Origin: a bacterium
GTDB lineage: Bacteria > Hydrothermota > 32-111
Assembly (NCBI GenBank): GCA_050239825.1
Contig: JBFXGO010000006.1
Location: 1-64,000, forward strand
Direction of reading: 5' to 3'
DNA: 64,000 bases
The notes beneath the pieces were generated by a model, which saw nothing but the letters and a program-made list of their open reading frames with translations, was not told the DNA's origin and ran no database searches. The number at the start of each line of letters is the position of its first letter. Position 1 is the first letter of the stretch. Of the stretch, positions 39,207 to 47,629 are shown in pieces. The position numbers and the translations under genes were made by a program.

Positions 39207-39235
39207 ATTATATAAAAAACATAATATTTTGTCAA
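39207..39235 (-). promoter_or_regulatory. Sigma70 promoter for the tRNA-Lys/thrS run
   Basis: On - strand TTGACA, 17 nt, TATAAT. Confidence 0.8.
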
Positions 39236-39601
39236 GCAAAATCTTATAAATAAAGCCCTTGAAGATGAATAAGAATAACAAAGGAATTTTTTTGTCTGCA
39301 TCAGCAAAAAAAAATGAATAAAATAATCAGGAGAAGAATTTATTGAAGAGTAAGGGGAGTCATAAATAACAAGAATTTAAGAACTTGAAAATATATTTTT
39401 TAATGAATCGGGTAAGGATAATATTAAGAAACACAGTTTGAAGGCAAAGGCAAAATTGTAAGTATTATATTTGACAGAGTTTATCTGGGGTGCTTTCTAT
39501 TTTAGTTTGATTGTGAATATTATAACTTAGATAATTTGACAAAAAATATGCGAAAATACCGATACTTAAAGGATTTTCAATATTTGCATATCCGGTTTCT
39601 C

Positions 39602-39629
39602 TTGACAAAAACAAAAATATCATTATATT
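39602..39629 (+). promoter_or_regulatory. Sigma70-like promoter preceding a short non-coding transcript
   Basis: TTGACA, 16 nt, TATATT. Confidence 0.55.
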
Positions 39630-39635
39630 GTTCGT

Positions 39636-39697
39636 AAATACCAATCTCATATTCCCTCCCTAAACCGGTTGGCCTCGCTTCCAACCGGGTTTTTTTT
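39636..39697 (+). ncRNA. Candidate ~60-nt sRNA with CU-rich anti-RBS seed
   Basis: Bounded by promoter and terminator; contains TCTCATATTCCCTCCCT; no ORF on this strand. Confidence 0.4.
39665..39697 (+). terminator. Intrinsic terminator
   Basis: CCGGTTGG-CCTCGCTT-CCAACCGG hairpin followed by a T-run. Confidence 0.8.
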
Positions 39698-39942
39698 ATA
39701 TACCCTCTAGTCGTTTCACATTTTTAACTTCCCCCTGTCTTTGAGAACTCGGAGATGCTGGAACTTTCCCGCATCATCTCGACTATTATTGAATAGGTTG
39801 TGCAAATCTGACTGCATTTTCAATTACCTGTTTCAGCATACTTTTTTTAATTAGCTTGCGATCTGTTTGAATTTATTCGACTAAATTGCATTAAATTGCA
39901 AATTAGTCTTGACTTTTTTGAAAAATAGTGTAAATTAGAAGT

Positions 39943-41070
39943 ATGAAAAGATACTTGTATAATTCGGTTGTCAAAGACCTTAAGAAAAAGATGGTTTTAA
40001 TTACAGGTCCGAGACAGGTCGGAAAGACATATCTCGCGAAAGAGATTTTAAACGAATTTAAATCATCCATATATTTGAATTATGATGACATTAAAGACGC
40101 GAAAATTATAAGAGAAAAAGAGTGGCCGATAAAAACCAACCTTGTCGTTCTTGATGAAATACAAAAAATGGAAAAATGGAAAACCTTTTTGAAGGGGGCC
40201 TTTGATACGAAGAACGAAGAGCAGTCATTTCTGATAACAGGCAGTTCCAGGCTTGATTTACATATGCAGGCGGGTGATTCCCTTGCCGGCAGGTACTTTC
40301 TTTTTAACCTTTTACCGATTTCGGTTAAGGAGTCCGCAGGTTTTCTTGCTCCCTACGATGCGGTCGAAAGATTGAATAAATTCGGCGGATTCCCGGAGCC
40401 CTTTCTTTCGGATTCAGAATCGGATTCTTCAAGATGGAGGAGAGAGTATTTCTCTGACATAGTGAATGCCGACATTCTTGATTTCGGCAGAATTATGGAG
40501 TTGAAATCTGTGAGGATTCTCCTTAATATGCTTAAAACACGCGTTGGCTCAACATTGTCATTTTCATCTCTTGCACAGGATTTACAGATATCTGTTAATA
40601 CAGTGAAAAAATATATAGGCATACTCGAGAGTCTGAATGTCATTTTTCTGATAAGACCGTTTCACAGAAACATAGCCCGTTCAATACTGAAAGAACCGAA
40701 AGTTTACTTTTATGATACAGGAGCTGTGGAGAGAGATGATGGGATAAAACTTGAAAATACGGTTGCAGTATGTCTTTTGAAGCATTGTCAGTATCTTCAG
40801 GATGTCGAGGGAAAAAATGTCAGTCTGAATTATTTAAGAACAAAGGAGAAAAAAGAGGTGGATTTTGCAATAATCGAAAATGACAGAATAACTGATTTGA
40901 TAGAGGTGAAGCTTTCCGATTCAAATCCTGACAGGAATTTGGTGTATTTTAAGGAAAGATTACCGGCAACAAATGCGATTCAGATAGTACACAACATAAA
41001 GTACGACATTGAAAAAAACGGAGTGAGCGTTTTTCGGGCGGGAGAATGGTTATCCAATCTCAAAGCATAG
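39943..41070 (+). CDS. AAA_14 / DUF4143 ATPase
   Basis: GPRQVGKT, LDEIQ, TGSS, GGFPE, KVYFYDTG, EVDF..IEVK. Confidence 0.88.
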   Translation: MKRYLYNSVVKDLKKKMVLITGPRQVGKTYLAKEILNEFKSSIYLNYDDIKDAKIIREKEWPIKTNLVVLDEIQKMEKWKTFLKGAFDTKNEEQSFLITGSSRLDLHMQAGDSLAGRYFLFNLLPISVKESAGFLAPYDAVERLNKFGGFPEPFLSDSESDSSRWRREYFSDIVNADILDFGRIMELKSVRILLNMLKTRVGSTLSFSSLAQDLQISVNTVKKYIGILESLNVIFLIRPFHRNIARSILKEPKVYFYDTGAVERDDGIKLENTVAVCLLKHCQYLQDVEGKNVSLNYLRTKEKKEVDFAIIENDRITDLIEVKLSDSNPDRNLVYFKERLPATNAIQIVHNIKYDIEKNGVSVFRAGEWLSNLKA

Positions 41071-41143
41071 GGGTATCATTTTTCTGCAAATGCTTATTTA
41101 ATAAAGAAGCGGATTGTTGATTTTTTTATTACAGCAGGATATA

Positions 41144-42709
41144 ATGAAAAAAGCAATAAAAACGGAGGAAATACTGAACGAAAAGAAGAATGGAAGCAAG
41201 GAAAAGTATTCTGAAAAGATAATAACAAATAAAATCGCTATTCTGACAATTGTTTTAATGTCTGCTTATGCTCTTCTTTCATTTAATCCTCTTTTAAGCA
41301 CCGGAGGAGACAGCGCAACCTACATTCTTCTTGCAGACTCATTCAGAGAGGGCAGACCGATGCAGTACAGCTTAGACGGATCTTCTCTGAATCCAACATA
41401 CCCACCGATATATCCTTTTCTTTTGTTTCTTGTTTCATTGGTCTTCGGAGCGAGAAACATAATTGCATTTAAAGCTCTTTCTTTTGTCGCATTTGTTTCT
41501 CAAATATGCATCTTTTACCTGCTGACAGAGTATTTCACTAAGAATAATCTAAAAAGACTGCTCGGGCTTATGCTCTTTGCATCTCTGTCTGTGCAGATAC
41601 AGCTTTCAAGCGACATTCTTTCCGAGTCAGTCTTCATGGCATTTCTTCTCGCTTCAATTTATTTTTACATTAAGCAAATCCATGACAAAAGCAATAATTC
41701 ACTTATCATTTCGCTTATCTTTGCTCTTCTTGCTTCTTACACAAGAGAAGCCGGAGTTATATTGTTTCCTATCTATTTTATTAATGAATTATTTGCAAAG
41801 AACATAAAAAATCTTTTACTTATAGCATCAGCTTTCATTCTCAGTCGGGTATGGTCTCTTGTGCTTATATTAAATGGAGTAGAAAGTGTCTATTTAAAAC
41901 AGATTATTTATAAAGATTGGTATAATATTTCAGAGGGAGCTCATACTCCCTTCAGCTTAGTAATTCGTTATTTGAATTCGTTGTTCCAACATACAATGAA
42001 TATTTTCAATCAACTTTTTAGAACATCAAGCAGGTTCATGAACATTATTGTCTCTTTAGTAATATTAGCTTTTATGTCGGCAAAACAAAATATGAGAAAG
42101 TTTCCTGAATTTGAGATGATATATTTTGTGTTGTCAGTCTTAAGTATCCCTATTTTTCCATATCTCGACATAAGATATACCGTTGTTTCACTTTTTTCTG
42201 TTATACTTATTCTTATAAAAGATCGCGAGTTTGAAAAAAAGCGTAAGCTAACTATATATATATATGCATTTATGTTAATTGCAATGATTATAAATAACAT
42301 ATATATTCAAATGAAATACTTTATTCCAGATAATTTAAAAGTTGTGAAAGAAAGCAATTTAATGGATTTTAAAAGCAATACACATTTGTATCCTTACGAG
42401 TATCAGGTCTATTTTGATTTGGCAAAACAAGCCGAGAACGAGTTTGATGAATCGGCTCTGTTCATAACAAGAAAACCCTCTCTCTTTACTCTCTTTGGCA
42501 ACAGGGATGCGATAATATTTCCATTTACGAACGAAGAGGAGGTTCTTGACACATTCTTTTCTAAACATATAGGTGATTATCTCGTTTATGATCAAAAAAG
42601 CAAAGAGATGAGGATACTTGAAGATTATATTGCTTTAAAACCCGAAAAGTTTTCCATGATATTCGTATCATACGAGGATGAAATTGTCATCTTTGAAATA
42701 TTGCCGTAA
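41144..42709 (+). CDS. Polytopic membrane protein, GT-C/ArnT-like glycosyltransferase
   Basis: GGDSATYILLA loop, YPPIYP, LSES, TREAG; many TM segments; start uncertain (41114 or 41144). Confidence 0.65.
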   Translation: MKKAIKTEEILNEKKNGSKEKYSEKIITNKIAILTIVLMSAYALLSFNPLLSTGGDSATYILLADSFREGRPMQYSLDGSSLNPTYPPIYPFLLFLVSLVFGARNIIAFKALSFVAFVSQICIFYLLTEYFTKNNLKRLLGLMLFASLSVQIQLSSDILSESVFMAFLLASIYFYIKQIHDKSNNSLIISLIFALLASYTREAGVILFPIYFINELFAKNIKNLLLIASAFILSRVWSLVLILNGVESVYLKQIIYKDWYNISEGAHTPFSLVIRYLNSLFQHTMNIFNQLFRTSSRFMNIIVSLVILAFMSAKQNMRKFPEFEMIYFVLSVLSIPIFPYLDIRYTVVSLFSVILILIKDREFEKKRKLTIYIYAFMLIAMIINNIYIQMKYFIPDNLKVVKESNLMDFKSNTHLYPYEYQVYFDLAKQAENEFDESALFITRKPSLFTLFGNRDAIIFPFTNEEEVLDTFFSKHIGDYLVYDQKSKEMRILEDYIALKPEKFSMIFVSYEDEIVIFEILP

Positions 42710-43003
42710 CCTTTAAAAAGTAAATAATTTGAAAATCAATTCAGCGATGGGGACGGAGCGGGACAGTTTTTGGCAAAATAAAAGCAAACCATTAGTTTAC
42801 ATTCTGCTTTTTACAGTAAAAGAACCAAATCACCGACAAAAGACCCGATAATAATATAAAATTTTGAATGCTTCTTTTGACTGCTTAAGTTATACAGTAC
42901 CCTTAGATGGTCAAAACTACTTGGGAATGTGGGACGGGTATGTATGAATAAATAACTATTTATCAACTTTACATAATATTTATCTTTTACCACCAATTAA
43001 GAC

Positions 43004-43031
43004 TTGACAATCATTGTCTTATATATATAAT
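43004..43031 (+). promoter_or_regulatory. Sigma70 promoter for yceD-rpmF-plsX-fab operon
   Basis: TTGACA, 16 nt, TATAAT; ATG 8 nt downstream. Confidence 0.7.
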
Positions 43032-43039
43032 TATGCACT

Positions 43040-43489
43040 ATGATAATTTTGCATCTGTCTGCTCTTGACAAAGTTTCGACTCAGGAGTTTGAGTGGGAGC
43101 TCACTCCGGAAGAACTTGGAGAGGGAGGCGATGAATCATTATTAATTAAAGCGATCTTTGAAGTTAATGCGATGAAAAACAGGCAGTATGATTTCAAAGG
43201 GAAATTATACTTCAATATACAACTTATATGTGATAGATGCCTTGAGAGTTTCAGCAGGCTTATTGAGGAGAACATTCACTTCATTCTCAAAAAAGAGTAT
43301 GAGGGTGATGAACTCGATATTATAAGGTTCAATGACCTTACCTGCGATGTTACCGAATACATAAGGGACATTGTTCTTACTTCGATTCCAATGAAGCGCC
43401 TCTGCCGCGATGACTGCAGGGGACTCTGCGATAAGTGCGGTAAGAATCTGAATAAAGGCGCATGCAACTGCAAAAAACAGGAGGAATAA
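43040..43489 (+). CDS. yceD: YceD/DUF177 family protein
   Basis: CDRCL, PMKRLCRDDCRGLCDKCGKNLN; upstream of rpmF. Confidence 0.9.
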   Translation: MIILHLSALDKVSTQEFEWELTPEELGEGGDESLLIKAIFEVNAMKNRQYDFKGKLYFNIQLICDRCLESFSRLIEENIHFILKKEYEGDELDIIRFNDLTCDVTEYIRDIVLTSIPMKRLCRDDCRGLCDKCGKNLNKGACNCKKQEE

Positions 43490-43675
43490 ATGGCAGTACC
43501 AAAACGGAGACACTCGAGAGCGAGAGGCAGAAAGAGAAGAACACATTGGAAACTCTTCAAGCCGACACTCACTGCGTGCTCACATTGCGGCGCAATGACG
43601 AGAAGCCACAGCATTTGCCCGACATGCGGATATTATAACGGTAAGGAATATATAACGATTAAAAAAGAGGTCTAA
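43490..43675 (+). CDS. rpmF: 50S ribosomal protein L32 (zinc-ribbon form)
   Basis: MAVPKRR, CSHC..CPTCGYY. Confidence 0.97.
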   Translation: MAVPKRRHSRARGRKRRTHWKLFKPTLTACSHCGAMTRSHSICPTCGYYNGKEYITIKKEV

Positions 43676-44722
43676 TTGAAAATAGTGCTTGACGCGATGG
43701 GCGGAGATATAGGACTCTCCGTCAATCTCGAAGGCGCCCTTATGGCGTCAAGGTCATTTTCATCTGAAGATACTATAATTCTTACAGGCATCAAATCGGA
43801 GATTGAAAGGCATATCAAACACAAAAGAATGTCTTTCGGTTGCAAGATTGAAATAGTAGATTCTGTTAATAATGTCGGAATGGGCGATTCTCCCACAAAG
43901 GCATTGCAGGAAAAGACGGAATCGTCGATTGCAAGGGGTTTGGATCTTGTGAAGAGAGGAGAGGCGGATGCATTCTTCTCTCCCGGAAACACCGGCGTAA
44001 TACTCGCATTCTCGCTTGTCAAGCTCGGCAGACTCAAAGGGGTCAACAGGCCTGCTTTGGGAATAATATTCCCTGTGAGAAAGCACCCACTTATGCTTGA
44101 TGTCGGAGCCACTCCCGATACTAAACCCGAAAACCTCTACCAGTTTGCTCTGCTTGGCCATGAATACATGAAGATAATGAGAAACCTTGAAAGGCCGGTG
44201 GTCGGACTGCTTTCAATAGGCGAGGAGAATTCAAAGGGTTCGGTGGTCTATCAAAGCGCCTTTGACCTTATAAAGCAGGATAAAAAGCTAAACTTTTTCG
44301 GCAATATTGAAGGGGATGATTTTTTCAAGGACAAAGTCGATGTGATTGTCACTGACGGTTTCACGGGAAACATACTTTTAAAATTCGCCGAGGGTATGGT
44401 AAAATGGCTTAAAGAGAGTTTTAAAACTTCAGTAAAGCCTCTTCCCATAGCAGTGCTCGGAGTTATTCTTTCAATACCGGGATTTTTGGGAATTCCTTTC
44501 TTTTTATTTTCCATAAAAAAACTTCTTAAAAAAGTATCATACGACGAAATAGGCGGAGCGCCTCTTCTCGGAGTAGACGGAGTCGTGCTCATAGGCCACG
44601 GCAAATCAAATCCCAAAGCAGTGAAGAGCGGGCTTTTAAATGCCAAGAAACTTGTGGAAAATAATTTTATCAAAGAACTCAGGACAATTTTTGAAAATAG
44701 GAGTGCAAGTGAAACGGATTAA
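43676..44722 (+). CDS. plsX: Phosphate acyltransferase PlsX
   Basis: LDAMGGD, GNTG, DGFTGN, GGAPLLG, HGKS. Confidence 0.95.
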   Translation: MKIVLDAMGGDIGLSVNLEGALMASRSFSSEDTIILTGIKSEIERHIKHKRMSFGCKIEIVDSVNNVGMGDSPTKALQEKTESSIARGLDLVKRGEADAFFSPGNTGVILAFSLVKLGRLKGVNRPALGIIFPVRKHPLMLDVGATPDTKPENLYQFALLGHEYMKIMRNLERPVVGLLSIGEENSKGSVVYQSAFDLIKQDKKLNFFGNIEGDDFFKDKVDVIVTDGFTGNILLKFAEGMVKWLKESFKTSVKPLPIAVLGVILSIPGFLGIPFFLFSIKKLLKKVSYDEIGGAPLLGVDGVVLIGHGKSNPKAVKSGLLNAKKLVENNFIKELRTIFENRSASETD

Positions 44723-45689
44723 AATCATAGGAACAGGTTCCTACCTTCCTGAAAAAATTCTGACAAACAAAGACCTTGAAAAAATGGTTGATACAACCGA
44801 TGATTGGATTACCAAGAGATCTGGAATAAAAGAACGGCATATAGCTTCAGAGAAGGAGGCGACAAGCGATCTCGGAATTGAAGCGGCAAGGCGAGCCATT
44901 GAAAATGCAAAAATAGACAAGAGCACAATCGACTGCATAATATTCGGCACAGTGACTCCGGACACTCTCTTTCCCTCGACATCCATTTATGTGCAGAAGG
45001 CGCTGGGAATACCCGGAGTGCCGGCTTTTGATGTTTCAGCCGCATGCTCCGGATTCATCTATGGACTTGCTCTGGCACAGGGTTTTATAAATAGCGGACC
45101 ATACAAAAGAATTCTTGTTCTCGGCGGAGAGACTCTGTCAAAAGTTACGAACTGGGAAGACCGCTCAACATGCGTGCTCTTCGGAGACGGTGTGGGCGCG
45201 GCAATTGTAGAGGAATCAAATGACGAATCAGGAATAGTGTCAATTTATCTCGGAGCTGACGGAAATATGGAAAATCTTCTCTGCCAGCCTGCGGGCGGAT
45301 CCCGTATACCTGCAACCGAAGAGAGCGTAAAGAACAAACTCCACACAATTCATATGGAAGGAAACGAAGTTTACAAGCATGCTGTAAATACTATGGCGGA
45401 AGCGGCAAACAAGGCATTGGAACTTGCAGGAATCAAGGGCGACGATGTGACATATTTCATACCCCACCAGGCAAATATAAGAATAATGGAGACAACAGCA
45501 AAATTTGTGAATATTCCAAGAGAGAAGGTTTTTGTAAATATCGACAGAACAGCCAACACTTCGGCAGGGTCTATAGCAATAGCTCTTGACGAGATGAACA
45601 GAAAGGGAATGCTTAAGAAAAACGACATAATACTCATAGATGCATTCGGAGCGGGCTTCACTTGGGGCTCCGCAGTAATAAGGTGGTAA
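44709..45689 (+). CDS. fabH: Beta-ketoacyl-ACP synthase III
   Basis: AACSGF, PHQAN, ANTSA, FGAGFTWG; GTG start after AGGAG. Confidence 0.96.
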   Translation: MKRIKIIGTGSYLPEKILTNKDLEKMVDTTDDWITKRSGIKERHIASEKEATSDLGIEAARRAIENAKIDKSTIDCIIFGTVTPDTLFPSTSIYVQKALGIPGVPAFDVSAACSGFIYGLALAQGFINSGPYKRILVLGGETLSKVTNWEDRSTCVLFGDGVGAAIVEESNDESGIVSIYLGADGNMENLLCQPAGGSRIPATEESVKNKLHTIHMEGNEVYKHAVNTMAEAANKALELAGIKGDDVTYFIPHQANIRIMETTAKFVNIPREKVFVNIDRTANTSAGSIAIALDEMNRKGMLKKNDIILIDAFGAGFTWGSAVIRW

Positions 45690-45690
45690 T

Positions 45691-46587
45691 GTGAAGGCAT
45701 CCCTTCTTTTCCCCGGACAGGGTTCCCAATATGTAGGAATGTGCAAGGATCTCTACGCCAATACCGAAATAAAAAACTTTTTTGATGCGGTAAGCGCAAT
45801 CATAAATGACGACATAGCGGATATAATGTTCAACGGACCGGACAGCAGGCTCACTGAGAGCAAAAATGCTCAGGTGGCGATACTTCTTCATTCATATTCG
45901 GCATACACTTTGATAAAAAATAAAATTGATGCAGAAGCTGTATGCGGACATTCTCTCGGAGAATACACTGCTCTTTTAACTGCCGATGTTTTTGATTTTG
46001 AGACAGCTGTTAAGCTTGTGAGAAGGAGAGGAGAATTGATGAGCGAAGCAGGAGAGAGGGCGAAGGGGGCTATGGCGGCGGTCATAGGTCTTGAAGTCTT
46101 GAAAATTGAAGAGACTGTCAAGTCCATAGAGGGTGTGGTTATTGCAAATTACAACGGAGTGGGACAGACCGTTATTTCCGGAACTGTTGAAGGCATAGAT
46201 TCCGCAATAAAAGTTCTTTCGGATATGGGAGCGCGCAGAGTGCTGAAGCTTAATGTTTCGGGAGCTTTTCATTCGCCTCTTATGAATTATGCTTACAGTG
46301 AATTTTCTTCATTCATAGATAATTTTGAATTCAGAAATCCAAAGATTCCGGTTATAATGAATGTATCCGCAGAATATTCAACCGATGCGGCGGAAATAAA
46401 AAATCTGTTAAAAAGACAGATTGTAAGTCCGGTAAAATGGACGCAGATAATGAATCTTCTTTTAAAAGACGGAAGAAAAAATCTTGTTGAAGCGGGTCCT
46501 TCAAAAGTGTTAAGCGGGATGGCAAAAAAGACGAGTGGCGACTTTTCAGTCATTTCGGTCGAAAAACTTGAAGATATAAATTTTTAA
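45691..46587 (+). CDS. fabD: Malonyl-CoA:ACP transacylase
   Basis: FPGQGSQ, GHSLGE, AFHS. Confidence 0.96.
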   Translation: MKASLLFPGQGSQYVGMCKDLYANTEIKNFFDAVSAIINDDIADIMFNGPDSRLTESKNAQVAILLHSYSAYTLIKNKIDAEAVCGHSLGEYTALLTADVFDFETAVKLVRRRGELMSEAGERAKGAMAAVIGLEVLKIEETVKSIEGVVIANYNGVGQTVISGTVEGIDSAIKVLSDMGARRVLKLNVSGAFHSPLMNYAYSEFSSFIDNFEFRNPKIPVIMNVSAEYSTDAAEIKNLLKRQIVSPVKWTQIMNLLLKDGRKNLVEAGPSKVLSGMAKKTSGDFSVISVEKLEDINF

Positions 46588-46596
46588 GGAGTGTGA

Positions 46597-47331
46597 ATGG
46601 AAAAGAAGAATGCTCTTGTCACAGGCGCCCTTCGTGGAATAGGGAATGCCATTGCAAAGGAGTATGCAAAAAACAAATTTAATATAATTATTTGGGATAT
46701 ATTTGAAGAAGGAAAAGATTCTGTAATTGAAGAGATTAAGAGTATGGGAGTAGATTGCGAATTTGACAAGGTGAATGTGTCGGACCTTGCGCAGGTCTCT
46801 TCCTCGATTGATGCTATTATTTCAAAGCACGGATATCTTGATGTTCTTGTCAACAATGCGGGAATAACAAAGGATAATCTTCTGATAAGCATGACCGAAG
46901 AGGAGTTTGACAGAGTGATATCCGTAAATCTTAAGGGAACATTCAACTGCTCGAAGGCGGCGGTTAAATATATGATAAAGAGACGCTCGGGTTCTATAAT
47001 AAACATCTCATCTGTGATAGGGATTATGGGCAACAAAGGGCAGGCAAATTATGCGGCTTCAAAAGCAGGCATAATCGGACTGACAAAATCCCTTGCAAAA
47101 GAGGTTGGCTCAAGAGGGGTTAGGGTAAATGCAATTGCCCCGGGATTCATCGAAACTGAGATGACAAAAAAGCTTCCTCCGGAAGTTATTGCAGAGTATG
47201 CCAAGCTGATACCCTTGGGAAAAATGGGAAGTGTGGAAGATGTCGCAAGGGTGTGTTATTTTCTTTCATCAGAAAACGCAAATTATATAACAGGACAAGT
47301 CATCCACTGTGATGGCGGAATGTTGATGTAA
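46597..47331 (+). CDS. fabG: 3-oxoacyl-ACP reductase
   Basis: TGALRGIG, NNAGITKD, YAASK. Confidence 0.95.
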   Translation: MEKKNALVTGALRGIGNAIAKEYAKNKFNIIIWDIFEEGKDSVIEEIKSMGVDCEFDKVNVSDLAQVSSSIDAIISKHGYLDVLVNNAGITKDNLLISMTEEEFDRVISVNLKGTFNCSKAAVKYMIKRRSGSIINISSVIGIMGNKGQANYAASKAGIIGLTKSLAKEVGSRGVRVNAIAPGFIETEMTKKLPPEVIAEYAKLIPLGKMGSVEDVARVCYFLSSENANYITGQVIHCDGGMLM

Positions 47332-47352
47332 AACCAAACCAAGGAGGTTTTG

Positions 47353-47592
47353 ATGTCTCAGGTTTATGACACAATTAAAAAGATGCTCGTACAGGAGCTC
47401 AAATTTGACGAAGCAAAGATCAATCCGAATGCGACAATCATGCAGGACTTGGGAGCCGATTCTCTTGACCTTATGGACCTTGTCAATGAGCTTGAGAAGG
47501 TTTATGAGATAAAGATACCTCAGGAAGATTATGCAAAGCTGAAGACCGTGGGTGATGTGGCTACTTACATAGAGGGTAAAATAGCAAAGTAA
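47353..47592 (+). CDS. acpP: Acyl carrier protein
   Basis: DLGADSLD; SD AAGGAGG. Confidence 0.96.
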   Translation: MSQVYDTIKKMLVQELKFDEAKINPNATIMQDLGADSLDLMDLVNELEKVYEIKIPQEDYAKLKTVGDVATYIEGKIAK

Positions 47593-47629
47593 ACAGCGGG
47601 GGAATCCCGCTAAAAAAATAGGAGTTTTG

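Noticed and set aside
39095..39307. N-terminal extension of the 233-aa ORF
   Set aside because: It runs through tRNA-Lys and its promoter; the SD-led ATG at 39094 fits the cNMP domain.
39188..39942. Replication origin in the AT-rich divergent region
   Set aside because: No TTATCCACA-like box cluster seen. The one perfect box I noticed is isolated inside rplT (about 35434).
42741..42940. GGGACGG-type short repeats as mobile-element ends or a tRNA remnant
   Set aside because: Too short and irregular; no TTCGA arm, terminal inverted repeat or recombinase.
47595..47618. Hairpin AGCGGG-GGAAT-CCCGCT after acpP as a terminator
   Set aside because: Followed by an A-run rather than a U-tract; more likely an mRNA-stabilising hairpin.
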